Below are positions 19,745 through 28,901 of a stretch of DNA of 64,000 nt, in pieces. The position numbers and the translations under genes were made by a program. The notes beneath the pieces are model-generated. The model was not told where the DNA came from. It worked only from the letters and a program-made list of their open reading frames with translations, and did no database searches. This stretch comes from Candidatus Iainarchaeum sp. (GTDB taxonomy: Archaea > Iainarchaeota > Iainarchaeia > Iainarchaeales > UBA10219). Each line of letters begins with the position of its first letter. Position 1 is the first letter of the stretch. The stretch spans positions 1 to 64,000 of the forward strand of contig JAGVWE010000003.1 in assembly GCA_018304425.1 (NCBI GenBank). The letters are read 5' to 3'.

Positions 19745-19887
19745 GGATACTCTTAGGGTGTATAACCACTATAAATGGTTTTGCCCAGCCGAAAGACGGG
19801 CAAGGAAAAATCTTGGGGTGCAGGCGCCATGGTCAAGTAAGTTGGCTCTGCTTATATTATATTTATAATCCATCCCAACCACCTAAC

Positions 19888-20184
19888 ATGACCAAACAAG
19901 CCGCCGCCCTGCTTCGGCCCCTCCAATCCCTTCCCGGCGTCGGCCCGTCCATCGCGCAGGACTTGTGGGAGCTCGGGGTGCGCAGGCCCGAGCAGCTCAG
20001 GGGCAGGGACGCGGAAGCCCTCTACGAGGAGTTCTGCGCGCTGAAGAAGGCGAAGGTCGACCGCTGCCTGCTATACACCTTCCGGTGCGCCATCCATTCC
20101 GTGGAACGCGGGAAACACTCGCAGGCCTGCCTCCAGTGGTGGAACTGGTCGGACGAGAAGCAGGGAAAGCGGAGGCCGCACTGA
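19888..20184 (+). CDS. Helix-hairpin-helix protein (Cdd1/TfoX-C-like)
   Basis: LQSLPGVGPSIAQDL...DRCLLYTFRCA...WWNWSD. Confidence 0.8.
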   Translation: MTKQAAALLRPLQSLPGVGPSIAQDLWELGVRRPEQLRGRDAEALYEEFCALKKAKVDRCLLYTFRCAIHSVERGKHSQACLQWWNWSDEKQGKRRPH

Positions 20185-20639
20185 TGAAGAGCCTCGACTT
20201 CCTGAAAAGCAAGGGCACCCCCTTCAAGACCATCGAGCTCGCCGAGGAGCCGAAGAGCGCACAGGACGTGGAACGCCTCTATGGCTGCCCGCTGAAGCAG
20301 GTGCTGAAAACATTGGTGTTCATCGGCGAGGCCTGGCCGGTGCTGGCCGTGATTCCCGGCGACAAGCGCGTGGACGTCGAGAAGCTCAAGGAGGCCGCCG
20401 GGCAAAGGTATTTGCGGATGGCCTCGGCGCAGGAAGTGCAGCAGGCGACCGGCTACCCCGTCGGCGGCGTGACCCCGTTGGGTGTGGAAGGCAAGGCCAT
20501 CAAGGTGCTCGACCCCCAGGCGCTGACCGGCGACAAGGTAAACATCGGCAGCGGGAAAGCCGAGATCGGAATCGAGTTGAAGTCCGCCGACCTCAAAAAG
20601 GTTTGGGAAGGGAAAATCGCTTCCATCACCCGCACTTGA
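20184..20639 (+). CDS. YbaK/EbsC aminoacyl-tRNA deacylase family
   Basis: QVLKTLV, TGYPVGGVTPLG and NIGSGK motifs. Confidence 0.88.
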   Translation: MKSLDFLKSKGTPFKTIELAEEPKSAQDVERLYGCPLKQVLKTLVFIGEAWPVLAVIPGDKRVDVEKLKEAAGQRYLRMASAQEVQQATGYPVGGVTPLGVEGKAIKVLDPQALTGDKVNIGSGKAEIGIELKSADLKKVWEGKIASITRT

Positions 20640-21399
20640 ATACCGCGGACTCGTTGACGCCGTCGATTTTGCTCAGGGCAAAGCCGGTGCAGGTGGCCTT
20701 CCAGAACACGCGCTCGCCGCGCGCGCCCTTCACGGTGGCGAGGCACGAGCCCTTGCCCTTGCAGGCGGCCTTCGCTGACTTGCATTCCTCCACCGAGTTC
20801 GAGCGGAGGAACACGCACCGCACCTGCTCGGAGACATCGCCCAGGCACTTGAATTCAACGAGTTCATTGCGACCATCCACCACGGTAACCGGCTTGGCAG
20901 CCGCAGGAGCCGCGGGCGCGGAACGCGTGCTGGTGCAGGGGCTCTCCCAGGAAAGCCGCTCCCTTGCCTTGCCCTGCACGCTCGCAAGGCAGGTGCCGGT
21001 TCCCTTGCAGCCCCACTTCCCGGCCTTGCACTCCTGCACGGAATTCGAGCCCGAGAAAACGCATTTGACTTGCTCGCGGAACTGCGCCCCGCACTGGAAC
21101 CGGGCCTCGTCCGCGCGGCCATCCATGATGGTAATGGCGTTGCCCAGGCAGTCACTCTTCCAGGAAACGATTTCCGTGGTCTGGCCCAAGAGCTTCACCG
21201 AACAGCTTCCCAGGCCCTTGCACCGGGCCTTGTCCGAATAACACTCGTGTTCCACGGTGCGGTCGTCGAAGACGCAGGTGATGACGTCGCTCACCCACCG
21301 GCCGCCCGAGAAAACCACGTTGCCCGAAGACAGGCAGCCGGCCAAGGCGACCAAGACCAGCAAGGCGGCAAACGGCAACCAGGGAAGGGGCCCGCGCAT
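20626..21399 (-). CDS. Lipoprotein with three tandem 6-Cys repeats
   Basis: Lipobox LVALAGC, then three repeats of C-VF...EC...C-KG-G-C...W..xC...DG...F-C. Confidence 0.75.
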   Translation of the reverse strand: MRGPLPWLPFAALLVLVALAGCLSSGNVVFSGGRWVSDVITCVFDDRTVEHECYSDKARCKGLGSCSVKLLGQTTEIVSWKSDCLGNAITIMDGRADEARFQCGAQFREQVKCVFSGSNSVQECKAGKWGCKGTGTCLASVQGKARERLSWESPCTSTRSAPAAPAAAKPVTVVDGRNELVEFKCLGDVSEQVRCVFLRSNSVEECKSAKAACKGKGSCLATVKGARGERVFWKATCTGFALSKIDGVNESAVFKCG

Positions 21400-21462
21400 A
21401 TGCAGTAATTCACGCCAAAACCCTTTATAAAAAGAATTCCCCTGATTCTGCCGGGTAGTCCC

Positions 21463-22707
21463 ATGGATTTTTCGAACCTGAAGAAATTCGACCCGGAAAT
21501 ATACGGTTACGTGATGGCGGAGAAGGACCGGGAAATGGATGGACTCGAATTGATCCCCAGCGAGAACCTGCCGAGCCTCGCCGTCCTCGAAGCCCTGGGG
21601 AGTTATCCGAACAACAAGTACGCGGAAGGCTACCCTGGAAAGCGGTATTACGGTGGCAACGAATTCATCGACCAGATTGAGGGCACGGCCATCGCGCGCG
21701 CCAAGAAGCTGTTTGGGGCGGAGTACGTGAACGTGCAGCCGTATTCCGGGAGCCCGGCCAATGCCGCGGTCTACCTCGCGCTGCTGGAATTCCATGACAC
21801 CCTGATGGGCATGCGCCTCGACATGGGCGGGCACCTGACGCACGGGCACAAGGTCAGCTACTCGGGCAAGGCCTACAACGCCGTGCAGTATACGGTGGAC
21901 GAGAAAACCGAGCTCATCAACTACGACGAGGTTCGGAAGCTGGCGCACGAAGCCAAGCCCAGGATGCTCATCGCGGGGTTCAGCGCCTATCCGCGCGCGC
22001 TCGACTTCAAGCAGTTCCGCGAAATCGCGGACGAGGTCGGGGCCTACGCCATGGCGGACATCGCGCACATCTCGGGCCTGTGCGCAACGGGCCTGCACCC
22101 GAACCCCTTGAAGGACGGCTTCGACGTGGTAACCACCACTACCCACAAGATGTTGCGGGGGCCCAGGGGCGCGATGATCATGGCCAAACCCGAGTTCGGG
22201 GAAAAAATCGATAAGGCCATCTTTCCCGGCTTCCAGGGCGGGCCGCACGAGCACGCCATCGCGGCCATGGCGGTGTGCTTCAAGGAAGCCCTGCTGCCGG
22301 ACTACAAGAAGTACTGCCAGCAAATCGTGAAGAACGCGCAGGCGTTGGCCGACGAGCTGATGAAGCGCGGTTACCGGCTCGTTACGGGGGGAACTGACAA
22401 CCACTTGATGCTCGTGGACCTGCGGTCGCAGAACCTGACCGGCCTGGAGGGGGAGAAGGCCCTCGAAGCCGTGGGCATCTACTGCAACAAGAACGCGATT
22501 CCCTTCGACCCCCGCAAGCCCTGGGACCCCAGCGGCATCCGCGTCGGCACCCCCGTGCTGACCACGCGGGGCATGAAGGAAAGCGAGATGCACGAGGTCG
22601 GCCGGCTCATCGACTTGGCCTTGAAGAAGAAGGACCAACCCGCCGAGCAAAAGAGGGTCGCGGCCGAGGTCAAGGCACTGTGCGGGAAGTTCGGGTATTA
22701 CCAGTAA
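21463..22707 (+). CDS. glyA: Serine hydroxymethyltransferase
   Basis: [40 protein letters not shown] and GGTDNH motifs. Confidence 0.97.
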   Translation: MDFSNLKKFDPEIYGYVMAEKDREMDGLELIPSENLPSLAVLEALGSYPNNKYAEGYPGKRYYGGNEFIDQIEGTAIARAKKLFGAEYVNVQPYSGSPANAAVYLALLEFHDTLMGMRLDMGGHLTHGHKVSYSGKAYNAVQYTVDEKTELINYDEVRKLAHEAKPRMLIAGFSAYPRALDFKQFREIADEVGAYAMADIAHISGLCATGLHPNPLKDGFDVVTTTTHKMLRGPRGAMIMAKPEFGEKIDKAIFPGFQGGPHEHAIAAMAVCFKEALLPDYKKYCQQIVKNAQALADELMKRGYRLVTGGTDNHLMLVDLRSQNLTGLEGEKALEAVGIYCNKNAIPFDPRKPWDPSGIRVGTPVLTTRGMKESEMHEVGRLIDLALKKKDQPAEQKRVAAEVKALCGKFGYYQ

Positions 22708-22708
22708 A

Positions 22709-22853
22709 CCAACGAGGGCCAGCTACGGGCGAAATGTCAAATGAAGAAATCAAAAAAACAGGGCTAAGTGATACCCTTATCCGGATGTCCGTTGGGTTGG
22801 AAGACGCGGAAGACCTTATCAGGGACTTGAAGCAAGCGCTCCCCCGCAGGTGA
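22709..22853 (+). pseudogene. C-terminal remnant of a Cys/Met metabolism PLP enzyme (MetB/MetC/MGL family)
   Basis: 22734-22853 reads MSNEEIKKTGLSDTLIRMSVGLEDAEDLIRDLKQAL; the preceding PTRASYG is one base out of frame. Confidence 0.75.
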
Positions 22854-23395
22854 TGACAATGGATGCCTTTAAAGCCATGGAAACACGGCACACGACGCGC
22901 AGCTACCATGACAAAACCGTGCCCCAGGCAGCCATCCAGAAAATCCTGGGTGCCGCGGTAAAGGCGCCCTCGTCCATGAACCAGCAGCCCTGGCACTTCA
23001 TCGTCGTGAACGCCAAAGACGCAAAGGCCAAAATCCGGCGCCTCTACGACCAGGCAAGGAAGGAACTGAACTACTACGAGCAGGACACGAGCTTCATGGA
23101 AAACGGGGCCCTGGTGGTTGTCTGCTGCAACTCAGCGGGAGACGACCAGCGCTTTTCCTGCCTGATGGCGGCCCAAAACATGCTGATAGCCGCAACCGCG
23201 CTGGGCCTCGGCAGCGGCCCCAGCATCACCCTCCTCCAAAGCAAGGAAGGTGCAAAGAAACTCAGGCGCCTCCTCGGGATACCCAAGAAGATTGCGCCCC
23301 TGCTCCTCGTGACCCTTGGCTACACCGACAAAAAACCGGCGCACTACAAGAAAAAGAAGGGCCTGAAAAAAGTGCTCCACGAAAACCGGTGGTAA
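22853..23395 (+). CDS. Nitroreductase family protein
   Basis: RHTTRSY, APSSMNQQPWHFIVV and AAQNMLIAATALGLGS motifs. Confidence 0.9.
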   Translation: MTMDAFKAMETRHTTRSYHDKTVPQAAIQKILGAAVKAPSSMNQQPWHFIVVNAKDAKAKIRRLYDQARKELNYYEQDTSFMENGALVVVCCNSAGDDQRFSCLMAAQNMLIAATALGLGSGPSITLLQSKEGAKKLRRLLGIPKKIAPLLLVTLGYTDKKPAHYKKKKGLKKVLHENRW

Positions 23396-23416
23396 GCCGC
23401 AAAAAAAGAAACAGCC

Positions 23417-24220
23417 TTACTTGGAGTCCATCGACATCGCTTCCGCCAACTTGGCATAGCATTCCACCGGGTTGTCGAGCATCAAAAAGTGGCCCGCGCC
23501 CGGGATGCGGATGCACTCGATTTCGCCTTCCAGGTCCTGCACGGCCTCCAGCGAACGCGTATGGTCGCCATAGAAATAGGCCTTGGAGCAGGGCAGCTGT
23601 TCGAGCTTCCACAGCAAATCCCCGGAGTCGCTCCAGGCCACCAGCGAAAGCGAAGCCCGATGATAGGCCAGCGGCGAGCAACGTGCCAGGGCTTGGACGA
23701 GGAACTGCGCGGCCCGGCCATGCGCGTGCCGGAAGCCCTCCACCAGGATTTCGAAGCCGCCGTGCAGGAAATCGTCCTGGCTGAAGCGCGCGGCCTGGCG
23801 GCTGGACACCGGGTCGTTCGGCGTCAGGTTGCCTTCGAGGCTGATGAACCCCTTACAGGCAAGGCCCAGGCGCTCGGCGAGCAGCAAGCCGATGGCACCA
23901 CCCATGCTGTGACCGACGAGGACAACGTCCGCGAGCCGGTGCTGGAGGAAAAAACCGTACAACAACTCGGCGTAGGCCTCCAAGGAGCAGGAAAAATCCG
24001 GGGGCAAGGGGGAATCGCCGAAACCCGGCAAGTCAACCGCGAGCAGCTCGCGTCCGGCAAGGCCCGGATGAGAAAAGGCGTCCAAGAATTGTTCCTTGCA
24101 TCCGCCGAGCGCGTGCAGGAAAAAAAGGGCCGGGCCTTTTCCCCCGCTGTGCAAGGCCGCGAGGTCGAAGGCCTTTCCGTGCAGGGAAACCCGGAACCGC
24201 TTCGCTTCCGCCATCCTCAT
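23417..24220 (-). CDS. Alpha/beta hydrolase
   Basis: DLPGFGDS, GHSMGG nucleophile elbow and GAGHF. Confidence 0.88.
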   Translation of the reverse strand: MRMAEAKRFRVSLHGKAFDLAALHSGGKGPALFFLHALGGCKEQFLDAFSHPGLAGRELLAVDLPGFGDSPLPPDFSCSLEAYAELLYGFFLQHRLADVVLVGHSMGGAIGLLLAERLGLACKGFISLEGNLTPNDPVSSRQAARFSQDDFLHGGFEILVEGFRHAHGRAAQFLVQALARCSPLAYHRASLSLVAWSDSGDLLWKLEQLPCSKAYFYGDHTRSLEAVQDLEGEIECIRIPGAGHFLMLDNPVECYAKLAEAMSMDSK

Positions 24221-24702
24221 CTCACTATCAGCTTTCCTTCCATTTCCTTGTGGCCCTCGCCGCAGTAGACACTGCAGTAAAACTCGAAGTCCCCCGACTT
24301 GTCAGCCACGAAGTCAATGACTGCTTCTTCGCCCGGATTGAGGTCGCGCTTGAGGTCATAGCCCTCAATGTTAATGCCGTGCTTGACGTCAACGCTTTTC
24401 ACGCGCAGCCGCACGTGGTCGCCCTTGCTCACGGTGATGGTCGAGGGCTCGAACTTGAATTGGCTGGCGACGATGGTGAACTCCTTCACCATCATGCCCT
24501 CCATGCCCGGCATGTTGGAGTGCTCCATCATGCCGTTGCCCATCCCGCCGCTGCCGCCCTGCATCATGCCTCCCGCCGGCAACGCCTTAACGGGTTCCCC
24601 CTGCTGTGGCGGCGTGCCGGCCCCATACTGAGTGCCTGCACCCGGCAGGGTGCAACCGGCCAAGGCCAACGATAAAACCAATAGAATGGCTACTCTGTTC
24701 AT
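24217..24702 (-). CDS. CuA-type cupredoxin lipoprotein with Met/Gly-rich linker
   Basis: Lipobox LAGC, DVKHG and CSVYCGEGHKEM. Confidence 0.85.
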   Translation of the reverse strand: MNRVAILLVLSLALAGCTLPGAGTQYGAGTPPQQGEPVKALPAGGMMQGGSGGMGNGMMEHSNMPGMEGMMVKEFTIVASQFKFEPSTITVSKGDHVRLRVKSVDVKHGINIEGYDLKRDLNPGEEAVIDFVADKSGDFEFYCSVYCGEGHKEMEGKLIVR

Positions 24703-24768
24703 TGAATCCCTCCCCAGTAGGCGTAATCCGAAACCAGTTTATAAATATAATTGGCTCTCAAGTTCCCT

Positions 24769-25680
24769 ATGGCAGCCCAACTCATTGACGGCAGGGCCAT
24801 GGCATCCGGCCTGCGCAGGGAGCTGGCTGAACGCGTGCGAAAACTGGCCGCCAAAGGCGTTAAACCCGGTTTGGGCGTGATATTGGCTGGGAACAATCCC
24901 GCTTCCAGGATTTACGTGCAAAAAAAAGAGGAAGCCTGTGCTGAGGTCGGCATCCAATCCGTTCACCACGACCTGCCTGCTACCAGCACGGAAAAGGAAA
25001 TCCTGAAACTGGTGGAAAGGCTCAACGCGGACCGGACGGTGCACGGCATCCTCCTCCAGTTGCCGTTGCCGGAGGGAGTGGACGAGCGGAAAGTCATTGA
25101 CTCGATTGCCCCCGAAAAGGACGTGGACGGCTTCACGACCGGCAACGCCGGCAGGCTGTTCACGGGCAAGAAGTCAGTCACACCTTGCACGCCGAAAGGC
25201 ATCCTGAAACTCATCGACTCAACCGGCGTTGACTTGAAGGGCAAGCACGCGGTAGTTATTGGCAGGAGCAACATCGTGGGAAAACCCGTTGCCCTGCTGT
25301 TGCTGGAACGCCACGCGACCGTGACCATTTGCCACTCACGCACCAAGGATTTGGGCGAAGCCACGCGGCAAGCCGACGTCCTCGTTGTTGCGGTGGGAAA
25401 AGCCGGCTTGGTGGACCAGTCCATGGTGAAAAGGGGCGCGGTCGTCATCGATGTGGGCATGAACCGCTTGCCGGACGGCAGGGTGGTCGGCGACTGCAAC
25501 CCGGATGTCAGGGAGGCGGCAGGCTGGTTGACTCCGGTTCCGGGAGGAGTGGGGCCCATGACGGTTGCCTGCCTGATGGAGAACACGGTGGAAGCCTTTT
25601 TGCTTGCGCAAAAAGCCTTGGGAAAAGTGGCGGGCAAGCCCGCCGAAGCCGCGGAGAGGGGTTTGCATGGCAAGGATTAG
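24769..25680 (+). CDS. folD: Methylene-THF dehydrogenase/cyclohydrolase
   Basis: YVQKK, HGILLQLP, KDVDG, PCTPKG, GRSNIVGKP and TPVPGGVGPMT motifs. Confidence 0.96.
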   Translation: MAAQLIDGRAMASGLRRELAERVRKLAAKGVKPGLGVILAGNNPASRIYVQKKEEACAEVGIQSVHHDLPATSTEKEILKLVERLNADRTVHGILLQLPLPEGVDERKVIDSIAPEKDVDGFTTGNAGRLFTGKKSVTPCTPKGILKLIDSTGVDLKGKHAVVIGRSNIVGKPVALLLLERHATVTICHSRTKDLGEATRQADVLVVAVGKAGLVDQSMVKRGAVVIDVGMNRLPDGRVVGDCNPDVREAAGWLTPVPGGVGPMTVACLMENTVEAFLLAQKALGKVAGKPAEAAERGLHGKD

Positions 25681-26293
25681 GCTGGGCGTGCTGGGCAGCA
25701 CGCGGGGCACGGACTTGCAGGCCGTCATCGACGCCATCAAGGAAGGCAAGCTGGACGCCGAAATCGCCTTGGTCGCCAGCAACAAGGAGGATGCCTACAT
25801 CCTCACGCGGGCCAGGGTGCATGACCTGCCCGCGTTGTTCGTCGAGTCTCGGGGCAAGGAAAGGGAGGACTTCGACCGGGAAGTCATGAAGGCACTCGAA
25901 GAAAAGGGGGTTGAGCTCGTGTTGTTGATCGGTTACCTGCGGCTCCTCTCCCCTGCCTTCGTGGAAAGGTACCGGAACAAGGTCATGAACATCCATCCCT
26001 CGTTGTTGCCCGCGTTCGGGGGCGGCATGGACCGCAACGTGCACAAGGATGCCCTGGACTACGGGGTCAAGGTGACGGGTTGCACCCTCCACTTCGTCGA
26101 CGAGGGCGCGGACTCGGGGCCCATCATCCTGCAGCGCGCCGTGGACGTGGACGAAAACGAAACCGTGGACTCGTTGAAGGAAAAAGTGCAGCACGCGGAA
26201 GGCCAGTTGATCGTCAAGGGCATCAAGTTGTTTGCCGAGGGCCGGCTGAAGGTCGAGGGAAGAAAGGTCCTCATCCAGCCGGAGAAGGGGTAA
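25667..26293 (+). CDS. purN: GAR formyltransferase
   Basis: STRGTDL, NIHPSLLPAFGG and GCTLHFVDEGADSGPII motifs. Confidence 0.94.
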   Translation: MARIRLGVLGSTRGTDLQAVIDAIKEGKLDAEIALVASNKEDAYILTRARVHDLPALFVESRGKEREDFDREVMKALEEKGVELVLLIGYLRLLSPAFVERYRNKVMNIHPSLLPAFGGGMDRNVHKDALDYGVKVTGCTLHFVDEGADSGPIILQRAVDVDENETVDSLKEKVQHAEGQLIVKGIKLFAEGRLKVEGRKVLIQPEKG

Positions 26294-26296
26294 GCC

Positions 26297-27847
26297 ATGA
26301 AAATCAAGACCGCATTGGTGAGCGTCTCAAGCAAGGAGGGCCTTGTTCCATTCGTCAAGGAACTGGCCGGGCTCGGCATCAAAATCGTTTCCACGGGGGG
26401 CACGGCCAGGGCCCTGAAACAGGAGGGGCTGGCCATCCAGACCGTGGAGGAGTTGACGGGCTTCCCGGAGATGCTGGACGGCCGCGTGAAAACCCTGCAC
26501 CCCAAAGTGCATGGGGGAATCCTCGCGAACCGCACGGACCTGGACCACGTCAAGCAGTTAAAGGAACAAGGCATTGAAGCCATTGATTTGGTGGTCGTCA
26601 ACCTCTACCCCTTCAAGGAAACCATTGCCAAGCCCCATGCGAGCCTGGAGGAAATCATTGAAAACATCGACATCGGGGGCCCGACGCTTATCCGGGCCGC
26701 GGCCAAGAACCACGAATTCGTTTCCGTAGTCGTGAACCCGGAATGGTACGAGTTCGTCTTGGAGGAAATCCGGAAGACCGGAAGCACTTCCCTGGAAACC
26801 CGGCGGAAGCTGGCCCGCGAGGCCTTCGAGTACACGGCCTGGTATGACGCCCTCATCGGCCAGTGGCTGGGCAAGCGGTTCGGCAAGCCCGAGGAGTTCC
26901 CGGAGCGGTTCACGGCGCCGTTCGAAAAGCGGCAGGCCCTGAGGTACGGCGAAAACCCCCACCAGCACGCGGCCTTCTACCAGGAGCCCCTGGTAGCCGA
27001 ACCCTGCATTGCTTCCGCGCAGCAAGTCCAGGGCAAGGAGTTGAGCTTCAACAACGTGGCGGACGCGGATGCGGCGCTGGAACTCGTGAAAGAGTTCAGG
27101 GAACCGGCCGCGGTCATCGTCAAGCACAACAACCCCTGCGGGGCTGCGCAGGCGAAAACCTTGTCCGAGGCGTTCAGGGACGCGTTCGAGTGCGACCAGA
27201 CGGCAGCCTTCGGAGGCGTCATTGCCTTGAACCGCGCGTGCGACGAATCAACTGCCAAACAAATCGCTTCCTTTTTCAACGAAATCGTGGCTGCCCCGGA
27301 CTTCGAGCCGGCCGCCTTGGAAGCGCTGAAGGCAAAGCCCAACGTGCGGTTGCTGAAAGTGCCGGGCCTTGAATCGGGAACGACTGCCAAACGGCTTTCC
27401 CTTCGGAAGGTGGCCGGCGGGCTGCTCGTGCAAGACGACGACCAAGTGGTGTTCGACCACAAGACCTTGAAGGTCGTTACCCGGAAGGAGCCTGGCAAGG
27501 AACAACTGGACGCCTTGTTGTTCGCGTTCACGGTGGCCAAGCACGTGAAGAGCAACGCCATCGTCTTGGCGCAGGGCACGAAGACCGTGGGCATCGGCGC
27601 GGGGCAGATGTCGCGCATTGACTCCACGGAAATGGCCGTCAAAAAGGCCGGGGAACGCGCCCAGGGCGCGGTCCTGGCCTCGGACGCCTTCTTCCCCTTC
27701 CCCGACAACGTGGAGGCGACGGCCAAGGCCGGGGTTTCGGCCGTCATCCAGCCCGGCGGCAGCGTCAAGGACCCGGAAGTCATCGCGGCAGCCGACCGAC
27801 ACGGCCTCGCCATGGTCTTCACCGGGCTGAGGCACTTCAAGCACTGA
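26297..27847 (+). CDS. purH: Bifunctional AICAR transformylase/IMP cyclohydrolase
   Basis: STGGT, GRVKTLHP, IDIGGP, LRYGENPHQ, KHNNPCG, ASDAFFPF and RHFKH motifs. Confidence 0.97.
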   Translation: MKIKTALVSVSSKEGLVPFVKELAGLGIKIVSTGGTARALKQEGLAIQTVEELTGFPEMLDGRVKTLHPKVHGGILANRTDLDHVKQLKEQGIEAIDLVVVNLYPFKETIAKPHASLEEIIENIDIGGPTLIRAAAKNHEFVSVVVNPEWYEFVLEEIRKTGSTSLETRRKLAREAFEYTAWYDALIGQWLGKRFGKPEEFPERFTAPFEKRQALRYGENPHQHAAFYQEPLVAEPCIASAQQVQGKELSFNNVADADAALELVKEFREPAAVIVKHNNPCGAAQAKTLSEAFRDAFECDQTAAFGGVIALNRACDESTAKQIASFFNEIVAAPDFEPAALEALKAKPNVRLLKVPGLESGTTAKRLSLRKVAGGLLVQDDDQVVFDHKTLKVVTRKEPGKEQLDALLFAFTVAKHVKSNAIVLAQGTKTVGIGAGQMSRIDSTEMAVKKAGERAQGAVLASDAFFPFPDNVEATAKAGVSAVIQPGGSVKDPEVIAAADRHGLAMVFTGLRHFKH

Positions 27848-27855
27848 GGGCGAAG

Positions 27856-28314
27856 ATGACCAAACCACAACTTCCCTGGCTAAAAGGCAGGCCCAGGCGC
27901 AGAGCGGACCCCCGGGCCCTGGTTGAAAACCTGGTTGCCAAACTCGCGCGTCTGGGAAGAATAAAACCGGATGAAACCATGGCGAAAAGGATGGGCCGCA
28001 TGAAGTTACCGGATACGACGAAATTCGAGAAAATCATGTCTTGGAACCGGAGGCGAGATAACCGGACCGATGCGTTAATTGCCCGCTTGAGAAGCATGGG
28101 AGTCACGGAGGCTAAAATCGTTCGGCTGGTGCAAGCCGAGGGGTTACGCCAATTCACGGATGCGAGACAGCTGCTTGCAGATGAGCTCGGAGAGCTGCGG
28201 CTAAAACACGCAGGCAGGACCATCCACGCCATTCCAGAAACCGATTTGGCCCGCATGCTACAATTAGGCAAGGAAATTCACAACATCGAAAAAGGGCTCA
28301 AGAAGAAGCCATGA
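27856..28314 (+). CDS. Basic orphan protein with Arg/Pro-rich N-terminus
   Basis: MTKPQLPWLKGRPRRRADPR followed by helices; fills the purH to 5-FCL gap. Confidence 0.6.
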   Translation: MTKPQLPWLKGRPRRRADPRALVENLVAKLARLGRIKPDETMAKRMGRMKLPDTTKFEKIMSWNRRRDNRTDALIARLRSMGVTEAKIVRLVQAEGLRQFTDARQLLADELGELRLKHAGRTIHAIPETDLARMLQLGKEIHNIEKGLKKKP

Positions 28315-28891
28315 TGACGCGTTCTTCGGTTACAATCTTTTCGACGCGCATGTCTTTTTGGGTCACGGGCACTTCCGCGAACAACTGGCACTCGAAGGCG
28401 AGGGCGAGGAGGGGCACGCGCTTGGGCAGATGGGAAATGAATTTGTCGTAGAAGGCCATGCCGAAGCCGAGTCTCCTCCCCTGTTCGTCGAAGGCCAGCC
28501 CCGGGGTTATGAGGACGTCAATCCGCGAGTCGGGAACCCGCACGTGGGTCTCGCGCACGGGCTCGGGGAAGCCAAAGGAACTGGTCTTGAGTTCGGCAAA
28601 GGACTTGAAGGCGTACATGCTCATGGACTTCAAGTCAAAGTCAACGACCGGCAGGCAAACGGTTTTGCCTTCCCGAACCAACTGCTCGATGAGTGCATGC
28701 GTGTCCACCTCCGACCCGAAACTACAGTAAATGGAGACCGTCTTCGCTTGGCTGACTTCGGGCAGGGCCAGCAGGCGCTGCGCGATTTGCTTGGACTTGA
28801 CCGCACGCTCCCGCTCCGTCAAGGACGTCCGCCGCTTGGTGGCCAACTGGCGGAGCACGAACTTGGCTTCCTTGATTGGCCGGTCCACCAT
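28298..28891 (-). CDS. 5-formyltetrahydrofolate cyclo-ligase
   Basis: EVDT, FGFPEP and PGLAFD..GRRLGFGMAFYD motifs. Confidence 0.9.
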   Translation of the reverse strand: MVDRPIKEAKFVLRQLATKRRTSLTERERAVKSKQIAQRLLALPEVSQAKTVSIYCSFGSEVDTHALIEQLVREGKTVCLPVVDFDLKSMSMYAFKSFAELKTSSFGFPEPVRETHVRVPDSRIDVLITPGLAFDEQGRRLGFGMAFYDKFISHLPKRVPLLALAFECQLFAEVPVTQKDMRVEKIVTEERVIMASS

Positions 28892-28901
28892 GGAAGGCAA
28901 G

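Noticed and set aside
21400-22650. Upstream part of the 674-aa minus-strand ORF 20626..22650
   Set aside because: Antisense shadow of glyA. Only the part from ATG 21399 (lipobox and Cys repeats) looks like a real protein.
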